NCBI GenBank assembly: GCA_963665295.1
Contig: OY762209.1
Coordinates: 3,584,001 to 3,648,000, forward strand
Source: Syntrophorhabdaceae bacterium
GTDB lineage: Bacteria; Desulfobacterota; Syntrophorhabdia; Syntrophorhabdales; Syntrophorhabdaceae
Length of the DNA: 64,000 bases
Reading direction: 5' to 3'
Part shown: positions 38,101 to 46,947 of the stretch, piece by piece
How positions within the stretch are numbered: position 1 is the first letter of the stretch
Layout of the letters: every line of letters begins with the position of its first letter
The notes under the pieces: model-generated
What the model was told of the DNA's origin: nothing
Seen by the model: the letters and a program-made list of their open reading frames with translations, nothing else
The model's database searches: none
Translations under genes and position numbers: made by a program

Positions 38101-39095
38101 ACATCACGCAATCGCTTGCCCATGAAGTGGGTATCCGCCCTGCCTGCAACGCCCTCGACGTATCCCGTGCGGGCTTTTACCGGTGGCAGCATCCGAAAGA
38201 GAAGGAACCTTTGAACCGTCTCTCTCCCTTGGCCCTCTCCTTCGGGGAACGGAACGATGTACTTGATATCCTTCATTCGGACCGCTTCATCGATAAAGCA
38301 CCCCGGGAAATCTACGCGGCCCTCCTGGACGAGAAGAGCTATCTCTGTTCAGTGCGCACCATGTACCGGATCCTTGAAGAAGAAGGTGAGCTGAAAGAAA
38401 GGAGGAGGCAGGTCTCCCGTCCCCGGTACGCAAAACCGGAGATCCTCGCGAAGGCGCCCAACGAGGCGTGGAGCTGGGATATCACGAAGCTCAAGGGTTC
38501 CGTAAAATGGACCTACTACTACCTCTATGTGATCCTCGACATCTACAGCCGCTATGTGGTGGGGTGGATGGTGGCCCACAGGGAACTTGCCGCCCTTGCT
38601 CGCAAACTGATCGCGGAGACCTGCGAGAAGCAAATGATAGAGCCCGGTAAGCTCCTGATCCATGCGGACAGGGGGTCGAGTATGACGTCGAAACCCGTCG
38701 CCCTGCTCATGGCCGATCTCGGGGTCACCAAGAGCCATTCGAGGCCTTCGGTCAGTAATGACAACCCCTATTCCGAATCTCAGTTCAAGACCATGAAGTA
38801 CCGGCCCGAGTTCCCTCAAAGGTTCGGCTCCATTGAGGATGCCCGGGCCTTTTGCCAGACATTCTTCCCCTGGTACAATACCGAGCATTACCATTCGGGG
38901 ATAGGTCTTCTCACCCCCGAGGACGTCCATTATGGAAGAGCGTTGAGGATCATTGAAGGTCGTACGGACGTACTGCGGGCTGCGTATGAAAAACATCCGG
39001 AACGGTTCAAGGGGAGGATGCCGAAACCGGCGTCACTGCCTGACGCCGTCTGGATCAATAAGCCATTATCAACGAGCGATGGCGGGGTACACTAA
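38097..39095 (+). CDS. IS3-family transposase OrfB (rve integrase-type DDE)
   Basis: PNEAWSWDITKL, DIYSRYVVGW, HADRGSSM, SRPSVSNDNPYSESQFKT.KY, YN.EH.HSGIG. Confidence 0.93.
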   Translation: MNITQSLAHEVGIRPACNALDVSRAGFYRWQHPKEKEPLNRLSPLALSFGERNDVLDILHSDRFIDKAPREIYAALLDEKSYLCSVRTMYRILEEEGELKERRRQVSRPRYAKPEILAKAPNEAWSWDITKLKGSVKWTYYYLYVILDIYSRYVVGWMVAHRELAALARKLIAETCEKQMIEPGKLLIHADRGSSMTSKPVALLMADLGVTKSHSRPSVSNDNPYSESQFKTMKYRPEFPQRFGSIEDARAFCQTFFPWYNTEHYHSGIGLLTPEDVHYGRALRIIEGRTDVLRAAYEKHPERFKGRMPKPASLPDAVWINKPLSTSDGGVH

Positions 39096-39981
39096 ATATC
39101 TGATGGAAGTGTCTCATTTTCATTGACACGTTCCGATCTGCAATCCGGATTGTCTAGCTGTCTCATTACTTGCTACTTGTACGGCCCTTAATTTTGGTTC
39201 GAACGGAATGCCTTCTTCAACGGAGAAGAGTTCCATTTGCTTCAGTTGGGACACCCGCCTTTCCTCCTCTTTCTTCAGGCCATAGTCGGCAATCACCAGT
39301 AGCTGGGGAAAAGGAGCTCTGGAAATGGCTCCTCGGATGGTTGCCTCACGGCTGGCGCTGGGACAAACTGTCTTTCTGAGCTCTTCGATAATGTCGAACG
39401 TCAGCCTTTTCGTTGATTTGGTCCTCGCCAGGAGTTCAGGTAAAAAGAGGGGTGTATAAAACGCAAAATCCCCCGCGATCCTATCAGCAAGCTTCTCTTC
39501 AGGTGCTTTCAAATCTTTCGGAGTTCTCCGAAAAAGTGCAGGCTGGCGGGATTCCGTCAGCACATGAGCCACCTCATGCCATTTTGAAAAATAAGCCCTA
39601 GTTTTTTTGAGCCCTCTACAGTCAATCACGGCTACATACTTCCACATTCTTGTGTTCTTTAGCCTTATCAGCACTGCGTCCGTCATCTTATCCAATTGTC
39701 CGGCTAGGTCCGCAAAAATGAGTTCGCCTTGAGAAGTATAGACTCTGGCCAAGTTGGAGATGTCTTGATCGTCATTGACCTCCTCAAAGCGGATGCCTAG
39801 CGCTGAACTTACAATCTCCAACAGGTTGTCGAGATCCTTGAGTTGGGTGAAAGGGGCTATTATCTTTTCGACTTTTCGGACACAGAATTCACGTATGGCC
39901 TTCTCGGGGTCTCTCAGTCTCTTCAGCCCTAAATCCTTAGCCATCCTAAGGACAACCTCAGAATCCTTTAATGCCTTCATT

Positions 39982-40392
39982 TTACTCCAGATAGTCTTTT
40001 AAACGGTCGTACAAGTCCCTCCAGCCTTCCTTCGTCATTTCCGTCTTCTCATTGGAGCTTCTCTTGGCAACAAGAGATCCGTGCGTGGTGAGGAGTGTCA
40101 CCGTGGACTTATACGAGAGTCCGAGCTCCTCGGCTAGTTCGGAAAGCTCCGAGGGTATTTCTGTAGGCCCACGTTTTTTGTCGTTCTGAATTGTCTCACC
40201 CTTCATTAAGTAATCCAACGAGGTGTTTAGAGTGTTGGCGATCTTCAAAAGATACTCTCCGCTAATGCTTGCCTTGTCATTCTCAATCTCACTCAAGAAA
40301 CTCTTGCTTATCCCAGCCTCGTGGGCAAGTCTATCCTGGGTCCATCCCAACGACTGCCTCAATATTTTGATCCTCTCTCCTGGTCTTGGCAT
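39982..40392 (-). CDS. capH: XRE-family HTH repressor, CapH-like
   Basis: GERIK.LR...GWTQ..LA..AGISKSFLSEIEN; C-terminal helix WRDLYDRLKDYLE; coupled to the HExxH peptidase gene. Confidence 0.75.
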   Translation of the reverse strand: MPRPGERIKILRQSLGWTQDRLAHEAGISKSFLSEIENDKASISGEYLLKIANTLNTSLDYLMKGETIQNDKKRGPTEIPSELSELAEELGLSYKSTVTLLTTHGSLVAKRSSNEKTEMTKEGWRDLYDRLKDYLE

Positions 40393-40468
40393 TCCGTCAC
40401 CTGCCTCCTTTTCTCAGTTAACCAAAAACGGGATACAGGTTTTCCCATCTCCATAGATGATATTCCTC

Positions 40469-40565
40469 TTGACATCGTCTTTAGCGAACAATATAATATA
40501 TAGCGAACATATACTCTGATAGCTTCGCTATAGAATATCATATGGCACAGCGAGAAGCCTGTCAA
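40469..40565. promoter_or_regulatory. Face-to-face sigma70 promoters with repeated TAGCGAA operator half-sites
   Basis: Plus: TTGACA(40469-40474)-17-TATAAT(40492-40497). Minus: TTGACA(40565-40560)-17-TATGAT(40542-40537). TAGCGAACA at 40482 and 40501; inverted TTCGCTA at 40524. Confidence 0.78.
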
Positions 40566-40599
40566 GTAAATTTGGGTTCATTGTAAGGAGGAGTTGAAA

Positions 40600-41766
40600 A
40601 TGTCATCAACCATAACATTTTTTCCCGTCGGCAATGGTGATATGACCCTCATAAAGTTGGCCGATAAGACCACGATACTTATCGACATTAACTTACGAGA
40701 AATCGCTGAAGATGAACAGGATCCGAGTTGCGATGTGCTAAAAAAATTAAGGGAGAAGCTTGAGAAAGACCTCGAGGGGAGGCCCTATGTAGATGTTTTT
40801 CTCTTAAGCCATCCCGATCAGGACCACTGTAGAGGTCTAAAGAAGTACTTCCATCTCGGACCGTTGGCCGACTACAACACCAAACCTGATGAAGGAGAGG
40901 AATTGAAGATTGTCATTCAGGAGATGTGGTCCTCGCCCATAGTATTTCGAAGGGCAAGCAGGAATAATCCGCTGTGCGAGGACGCGAAGGCATTGAATTC
41001 AGAGGCCAGGAGGAGAGTCAATCTGTTTAAAGAAAAGGGGTCTGCTCTTGGCGGTGATCGAATCATTATCATCGGAGAAGATGAAAACGGGAAAACCGAT
41101 GGCTTGGATGCGATTCTTGTTAAGATAGATGAGGTCTTCAACCGAATTAACGACAAGATGAGTGACGAAATCTCTATGCGGGTCTTGGCACCGTTGCCGT
41201 CACAAGGAGACTCGGAGGAACAGAATCTCAGGAAGAATCATTCGAGCGTGATCCTTCAACTATCGTTCACCGTTGACGGGCGGCAGGACTCTTGCCTGTT
41301 TCTAACCGGTGGAGATGCTGAAGTATACGTTTGGGAAAAAATGTGGGGCAGAAAAAAGGACAGGCCATCCGACCTCAAATATGATCTCCTGTTGAATCCC
41401 CACCATTGTTCGTGGCACTCGCTCTCTTACGACAGTTGGAGCGAAGACGAAGATCCCCAGGTTAACCAAGATGCCAAATCTGCCCTCTCTCAATGCAAGG
41501 CCGGCGCGTTTATTGTTTCCAGCAGCAAGCCCATCAAAGACGACGAAAGCGATCCGCCTTGTTGGGGGGCGAAACAAGAGTATTTGGATATACTGAGGCA
41601 GGCGAAGGGGCAATTCTATTGTACGGGAGAATATCCTACTGAGAAGAACCCTGAGCCATTGACTGTTGTTGCGACAAAGGAAGGTTTCCAACCACCGTCA
41701 AAGAAAAGCGCATCGATGTCTGCGATCATAGCAGGCAGCACAAGAGAACACCACGGCCATGGGTAA
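40600..41766 (+). CDS. Metallo-beta-lactamase-fold (ComEC-like) hydrolase ending in Gly
   Basis: ITFFPVGNGD.TLI, ILIDIN, FLLSHPDQDHCRGL, N.SSVIL, LTGGDAE, PHHCSW; ends ..REHHGHG*; AAGGAGGAG RBS. Confidence 0.85.
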   Translation: MSSTITFFPVGNGDMTLIKLADKTTILIDINLREIAEDEQDPSCDVLKKLREKLEKDLEGRPYVDVFLLSHPDQDHCRGLKKYFHLGPLADYNTKPDEGEELKIVIQEMWSSPIVFRRASRNNPLCEDAKALNSEARRRVNLFKEKGSALGGDRIIIIGEDENGKTDGLDAILVKIDEVFNRINDKMSDEISMRVLAPLPSQGDSEEQNLRKNHSSVILQLSFTVDGRQDSCLFLTGGDAEVYVWEKMWGRKKDRPSDLKYDLLLNPHHCSWHSLSYDSWSEDEDPQVNQDAKSALSQCKAGAFIVSSSKPIKDDESDPPCWGAKQEYLDILRQAKGQFYCTGEYPTEKNPEPLTVVATKEGFQPPSKKSASMSAIIAGSTREHHGHG

Positions 41767-44116
41767 ACAAAAGAAAAGGATCTCTACAAAAGGCGGGGAT
41801 ATACGTATAGCCCCCTCCTGCACGAGAGTCCATCCGGAAGCCGAATGTGCTTGGAAGGTAGTTCGCGCCCACCCATCAGTAGCGGGAGAAGTCCCTTTCC
41901 CTGTATTATTGCGGGATGGAGGCTTCCAGATGACTTTCGACATGGATGTGGCTCTGCCTTCAAGGGCCAGAGCAAGGGGGATAAGTCGAACTAGCGTAAG
42001 ATCCAAGGAACAAATTGAGCTCCTGTTTCCTCCCGCGTATCCATACAGGGCTCCACTAATTTTGTTAAGGCCAGATTTCAACAAATTCCTTGCGCACATG
42101 AACCCCGTACTACGGGTTTCGGGAAGAGACTACGTGTCTCCCTGTGTCTACGAAGGCCCGCTCGAGGAGTTGCTCCACGAAGAGGGCGATGGGCTAAGCG
42201 AGATACTCAATCAGCTTTCAGATTGGCTTAGTAAAGCGGCCATCGACGACTTGATAGACACCAGGCAAGGTTGGGAGCCAATCCGTCGAGATCGCCTGTT
42301 GGGGTGGATGACATACGATCTCTCGCGTATCAGGTCACATGCGGAAGATAGAAGGGGTTCGTCAGTATTTCCGTGCAACGTATGGGTATCGACGGGTCCG
42401 GAAGAGACGTTCGGCAATGTATGGGTAGCGGATGAGAAGAAGATGCGCATCACCCCTCTGCTTGTTCGAAGCTGCTTCATGCCGGACGGTAACCAGAGTC
42501 CCTATGGTGCGTGGTATAGATCCTTGACGATCCTCGCATGGGGCGACTCAACATCGATTGTTGGCCGGTATCTTCCTGAGAGCGTCACGAATTTTCGTCA
42601 GCTATGCGAGAGAGCGAAGGATTATGGTCTCCTTGATGTTTTGAGTAGCGCCATCGAAGATCTCAGGTGGGCCGCAAAAGAGGGATCTCGCGACCTTCAC
42701 CGTTTCTTGCTTTCCGTAATTCTCTGCGTCAGAAGGCCCTGTCACTTAATCGGAGATGCTTCGTCGCTTGAGCTCATTCCATATATTGTTTGGTGTGAGA
42801 CCGAGGAATGTGTCGGCCCATTGGGGGAGCCTGTCATAAGAATCGATGCAGATTCAAAGGTTTTGCCACTAGCGCACCGACACAAGGTGACAAAACGGCT
42901 TCTCCAAAAGATGTCGGGCCGGAAAGTGTCAGTGGAAGATGGTCCTATCGTTTGCATCGGCTGTGGAAGTGTAGGCTCCAAAATGGCCATGCATCTTGCC
43001 CGCTCTGGTTATGAGTCCTTCAAGCTCATAGATAGGGCCAGTTTCTCCCCGCATAACATGGCGCGGCACGCGTTGACGGTTGCTTCGCACGCACCGTTGC
43101 CGAAAGCGGTACTTCTTGCTGAAGAGATCAAGCTGCTCGGACTAAGAGCAGAAGGGGTAAACGAGGATATTGTCGACTTAATCAGTGACCAGAACGAGAA
43201 GCTATCCGGCGTTCTCAACAAAGCACGTTTGATCATCGAATCAACCGGGTCTATGGCAGTCAGAGATGTCCTGGTCTCGCTGCCCCCCCGGAGATTTTCG
43301 GGGAGGTTGATGCACACCATACTTTACGAGGAAGGAACCATAGGAGTTATGGCGATCGAGGGCACCGGAAGAAACCCCAACGTGAATGACCTAATCTTGC
43401 AGTTCTATGACGAACAGGTTGATAACGAACGCCTACCGCCTCTTTCTTCTCCGCAAGCTGGAACAAGACGTTATGAGATTGGACTTGGTTGCGGATCGCA
43501 GACAATGATCATGCCTGATACTCGAGTTTCTTTATTCTCTGCGGGAATGGCTGAGCGGGCTGCCCAGATTCTCGAAGGCAATGACGGCGGCCTCTTTGAA
43601 GGAGAGCTTTGGGTAGGGACACTTGACAAGAAAAGGATAGGCGTTTCTTGGAAACTTTGGAAGATTGGGCAGACAAGAATCTTGACCTTCGCGGGAAATA
43701 ATTTGTGGCACATAAGGATACTTGACCGGGCGGCAGAGCAGATGTCTGTGGAGGTAAAGAAGTGGGCAGACCTGGAGACTGGCGGCGTATTGATGGGCAG
43801 AATCTCGTTATACAACCGGTCATTCAATGTTTCGAGGGTGGTAGAAGCTCCTCCCGATTCTATAAGATCAAAGAACTCATTTGTTCTTGGCACCGAAGGA
43901 CTGATGAAGACGGTGCAACGCATACACGAAGAATCGGGCGGGGTGCTCACCTATGTGGGGACCTGGCATAGCCATCCCAAGGGTGGGGCGGCATCATCCA
44001 TCGACAGGAATTGTCTGGAAGAGCTTAGACGGGTTCGCCTTGGGGTGCCGGCGGTGGGTGTGATTTGGACTCCGTCCGGATTTCGAGCAATTGCAGATGA
44101 AGGCAAACTTGCTTAA
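41759..44116 (+). CDS. Prokaryotic E2 - ThiF/E1 - JAB fusion protein (ubiquitin-like conjugation/deconjugation enzyme)
   Basis: E2-like FPPAYP..AP...LR.DF...AH.NP...PCVY; E1 IGCGSVGSK, LID..SFSPHN.ARH, GLGCGS.T; JAB ETGGVL.G, YVGTWHSHP....S.ID. Confidence 0.87.
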   Translation: MGKQKKRISTKGGDIRIAPSCTRVHPEAECAWKVVRAHPSVAGEVPFPVLLRDGGFQMTFDMDVALPSRARARGISRTSVRSKEQIELLFPPAYPYRAPLILLRPDFNKFLAHMNPVLRVSGRDYVSPCVYEGPLEELLHEEGDGLSEILNQLSDWLSKAAIDDLIDTRQGWEPIRRDRLLGWMTYDLSRIRSHAEDRRGSSVFPCNVWVSTGPEETFGNVWVADEKKMRITPLLVRSCFMPDGNQSPYGAWYRSLTILAWGDSTSIVGRYLPESVTNFRQLCERAKDYGLLDVLSSAIEDLRWAAKEGSRDLHRFLLSVILCVRRPCHLIGDASSLELIPYIVWCETEECVGPLGEPVIRIDADSKVLPLAHRHKVTKRLLQKMSGRKVSVEDGPIVCIGCGSVGSKMAMHLARSGYESFKLIDRASFSPHNMARHALTVASHAPLPKAVLLAEEIKLLGLRAEGVNEDIVDLISDQNEKLSGVLNKARLIIESTGSMAVRDVLVSLPPRRFSGRLMHTILYEEGTIGVMAIEGTGRNPNVNDLILQFYDEQVDNERLPPLSSPQAGTRRYEIGLGCGSQTMIMPDTRVSLFSAGMAERAAQILEGNDGGLFEGELWVGTLDKKRIGVSWKLWKIGQTRILTFAGNNLWHIRILDRAAEQMSVEVKKWADLETGGVLMGRISLYNRSFNVSRVVEAPPDSIRSKNSFVLGTEGLMKTVQRIHEESGGVLTYVGTWHSHPKGGAASSIDRNCLEELRRVRLGVPAVGVIWTPSGFRAIADEGKLA

Positions 44117-44235
44117 CTTAACTGATCCTGCCCCGATGATTGAGCATTGAACGTGAAGGAGGACACGATTCTTTGGTTTCCGAGATCGAAGACTATGGCT
44201 GAGGGGTATATATTTATCTTCACGGAGGCACATAT

Positions 44236-44868
44236 TTGACAAAACCACTGAAGGAACAAAATCGTTGGCAGATTTGGCTCATCGTTGCGGTGAATACGGT
44301 TTTTCTATGTGCCTTAGTGCAAGTCGATGCCATTCAGGCCGTAAACTTCCGAACTATTTTCGAAAGTACCGAGAGCTTTCTGTCGCCTGCCCTTGCAATT
44401 ATTGTTTCGACAGCTCTGAATGGGCTATTAAGCGCCGACAACAAGGCACGCTTGGTGTTCTTACGGTGGCGATACGCTTTACCAGGCCATCGCGCTTTCA
44501 CCCAATACGGCAAGTTCGACCCCCGGATTGACCTGGACAAGCTGACAGAGGCTCAGGGTATAATGGTTCCTACCGACCCCACCGAGCAGAATCAGCTCTG
44601 GTATCGTCTCTATAAGACGGTTGAAAATAGTCCTGCCGTCTTGCAGACCCACCGTGATTTCCTCCTTATGAGGGACTATACCGGCTTGGCGGCATTGTTT
44701 GTTCCGTTCCTTGGGGCGATAGGATTCTACGCTATCGCATCTATAACAACGTCTTGCGTCTATTCTCTCTGTCTCCTGGGGCAGTATTTGGTGGTGCGCC
44801 AGGCAGCCGCGCATTATGGTATTCGGATGGTTGCTACTGTTCTTGCTCAGAAAATGATACACCCCTGA
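44236..44868 (+). CDS. Multi-pass membrane protein of unknown function
   Basis: About 4 hydrophobic segments around a soluble LPGHRAF..DPRID..EQN.LWY.LYK..HRDFLL.RD loop; GGAGG RBS before TTG. Confidence 0.72.
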   Translation: MTKPLKEQNRWQIWLIVAVNTVFLCALVQVDAIQAVNFRTIFESTESFLSPALAIIVSTALNGLLSADNKARLVFLRWRYALPGHRAFTQYGKFDPRIDLDKLTEAQGIMVPTDPTEQNQLWYRLYKTVENSPAVLQTHRDFLLMRDYTGLAALFVPFLGAIGFYAIASITTSCVYSLCLLGQYLVVRQAAAHYGIRMVATVLAQKMIHP

Positions 44869-44917
44869 CTAATACATTAATAACCCATGCCTGACGCAAA
44901 GCAAGTTGTGCAGTAAC

Positions 44918-45119
44918 TGTAGATTGTAAAATACATTTGACTCCTTCTTCGCAATAGGAATGGGGGAACCGTTTTCTTGCTCCGCAATTTTCACAACCAC
45001 GACTGCAGATCATTCGGCTCTCTTTTGCAGGACTTCCGGCGATTCGGAGAAGACTACACCGTCAGCCATGGGTCAATTCAATCCGATGAGAGGGGGTCAA
45101 ATGTATTTGATAATCTATT
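44918..45119. mobile_element. MITE-like non-autonomous element (202 bp) with IS21-like ends
   Basis: IRs TGTAGATTGTAAAATACATTTGACTCC (44918-44944) vs reverse complement of 45093-45119 AATAGATTATCAAATACATTTGACCCC; extra GGGTCAA at 45070; no transposase. Confidence 0.65.
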
Positions 45120-45242
45120 CCTTTTTTATGCGGGTCCCTACGCGTTCTCTGGATTAATAATGGCCCTGATGTCTCCTCGGTGGGTAAACTTTCGGATAGA
45201 TTAAGACATGCATTTATCGTATGCTTGATGGCAGGAGGGGAT

Positions 45243-45788
45243 ATGAAACCCGAGATAGTTGTTAGTATCTGCGCCGTGTTTATTTCGGTATTGTCGCTCG
45301 TACTTTCGGCGTATTATGGGTGGTGCACCCGAGACCATAATAGGCGATCGGTAAAACCGCTGCCTTATGTGTCACCATCCGATTTTGAGAACTTGATATC
45401 GGTTCGCTTGTGGAACTACGGCAATGGGCCATTGATTTTAAAGGACGTCATTGCACGCGGAAACCAGGATGGTGTGTCAGGTCACCTCGTCGATTTACTC
45501 CCGGAGCTTCCGGACGGTCTGTACTTCAATAGTTATGTTAAGATCTTACGCGGTAGGGCCATCCCACCGGGAGGGAGACTTACTCTTGTCGAATTCAGCC
45601 CCGACGTTAATGATATTAAGGCGATCGCATACCGAGAGAAGCTTCGTGATGCCCTTGGGCGCCTATCTGTTGATGTCGATTTTACGGACATTTATGACAC
45701 AGCCTTTCTTACCTACAACAGAGATTTAACATGGTTTCACAGAACGAAACATGCCAATCGGGCGATGCTGCCCCGAAAACATGGTTAA
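45243..45788 (+). CDS. Hypothetical protein with N-terminal membrane anchor
   Basis: TM helix, HNRRSVKP, NYGNGP..L pattern; AGGAGGGG RBS. Confidence 0.65.
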   Translation: MKPEIVVSICAVFISVLSLVLSAYYGWCTRDHNRRSVKPLPYVSPSDFENLISVRLWNYGNGPLILKDVIARGNQDGVSGHLVDLLPELPDGLYFNSYVKILRGRAIPPGGRLTLVEFSPDVNDIKAIAYREKLRDALGRLSVDVDFTDIYDTAFLTYNRDLTWFHRTKHANRAMLPRKHG

Positions 45789-46425
45789 CATAGCTGAAGC
45801 ATTCCTCCCTTTTTTCTCGATAGGCGCTCCACTTGGAAGGCCGCGAATGCTGAATCTCGCCGTTCTTCGGACAACTTCCACGCTGTGAAATGGATAAAAG
45901 CATCTATGTTATGTTCGACAGCTCCACTGAATACACTATTCCGGGCAATGGCTTTGTCAAGCTCTAAGAATTCCTTCTTACGACCTCCGACGCGTCCTTC
46001 GTTGGCCAAGTGGAGATCAGCGTAAAAATAGCCACTGCCAATTCGATTCATTATTGTCAAATTCAAAATACGTTCGGTCGAGATAAGGCTGCGTTGTGTG
46101 AACTGGGAGGGAAAGGTGAGGAAATACGGGTGGTTATGGGGAGGGGGGATCGGGAAGGGGAGGGGTTTAGAATATTAAACGGGGAAAGAGGGCGGTCGGG
46201 AAAAAGCGGGGAGAGGGGGAGGGATGCGAAACGAAGCAGGACAAAAAGAAATACAAAAGAGGGTGGGACGAGAATTCTTGGAGAGGGGCGTGTCAAAGTT
46301 TGGCACGGCACTGCATGTGAGGCGCCTCCGATCTGTTCTGCTCACTCCGGCGCAGGTCTTCACGAATTGCACCAACACGGTTCTACCGCTCAGCGCTGAA
46401 GCAAATCGATTTTGTCGTGACGGAT

Positions 46426-46689
46426 TCAATCGCCAATCGTGTGGCGTCCCCTCAATAACGTTCCTCCCCCCCTCTCCTCCGTGACCAGTTCGCTCATAGG
46501 CTTGCCGGCAACGCGAATGGAGTCCCTGAATTTCTTCTGATCCGCCAATATCTCCTTTCTTTCGGAGGATACAGGAACGAGGCGAGCCACACGTTTGCCA
46601 TGGCTGGTAATGATCACCTCCTCACCGGCTATGACCCGTTCGAGAAGAGAGCTGAATTTGGCCCTTGCTTCTTTCACTCCAATCTCCAG
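46426..46689 (-). pseudogene. Orphan Phd/YefM-family antitoxin, probably decaying
   Basis: EIGVKEARAKFSSLLERV.AGEEVIITSHGKRVARLVP; no in-frame ATG after the RBS; apparent +1 slip in a G7 run; no toxin gene downstream. Confidence 0.72.
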
Positions 46690-46947
46690 ACATCCTCCCG
46701 TTCAATGGCCGACGTGCACCATCAGGAAATAATCCCATGCTCTATGCGAAGAATCAGTTGTTCCACTTCTCGGGCGCCGCCGTCAGCCTGGAGTACATCG
46801 ATCGCGATAGCGCCACCGAGACCGTGCTGTGGGGTCCGGACATCCGCCGATAGCGCGGCGAATCGTCGATTATTTTCTTGGTTTACAGGTGACCGGAATA
46901 TTGATTAAACATAGTCTGGAATAACAGTGAGCTTAGACTATGAGGCC

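Larger units (their letters stand above)
37626..39135 (+). mobile_element. IS3-family-like insertion sequence (1510 bp)
   Basis: 3-bp duplication ATC (37623-37625, 39136-39138); subterminal IRs CGTGCCAATATAAGTGAGACACTTCC vs CGTGTCAATGAAAATGAGACACTTCC; orfA and orfB. Confidence 0.9.
37421..39980 (-). pseudogene. capP: CapP/IrrE-like HExxH metallopeptidase interrupted by an IS3-like element
   Basis: 5' part 39980-39136 (VIDCRG..RAYFSKWHEVAH, EEKLAD.IAG) and 3' part 37622-37421 rejoin in frame (SGLQI|YQNMEVP); 348 aa; start 1 nt after the XRE gene stop. Confidence 0.78.

Noticed and set aside
40600..44116. Calling the locus CBASS
   Set aside because: It has Cap2/Cap3-like domains and CapH/CapP-like regulators but no CD-NTase nucleotidyltransferase motif
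45785..46066. 93-aa minus-strand ORF
   Set aside because: No recognisable motif or RBS; may be a gene fragment but unsupported
46301..46316. TGGCACGGCACTGCA as a sigma54 promoter
   Set aside because: GG-to-GC spacing is 9 nt, not the required 10, and no gene follows
46737..46853. Short coding-like segment MLYAKNQLFHFSG..WGPDIRR
   Set aside because: Looks like a gene C-terminal remnant, but I cannot assign a family
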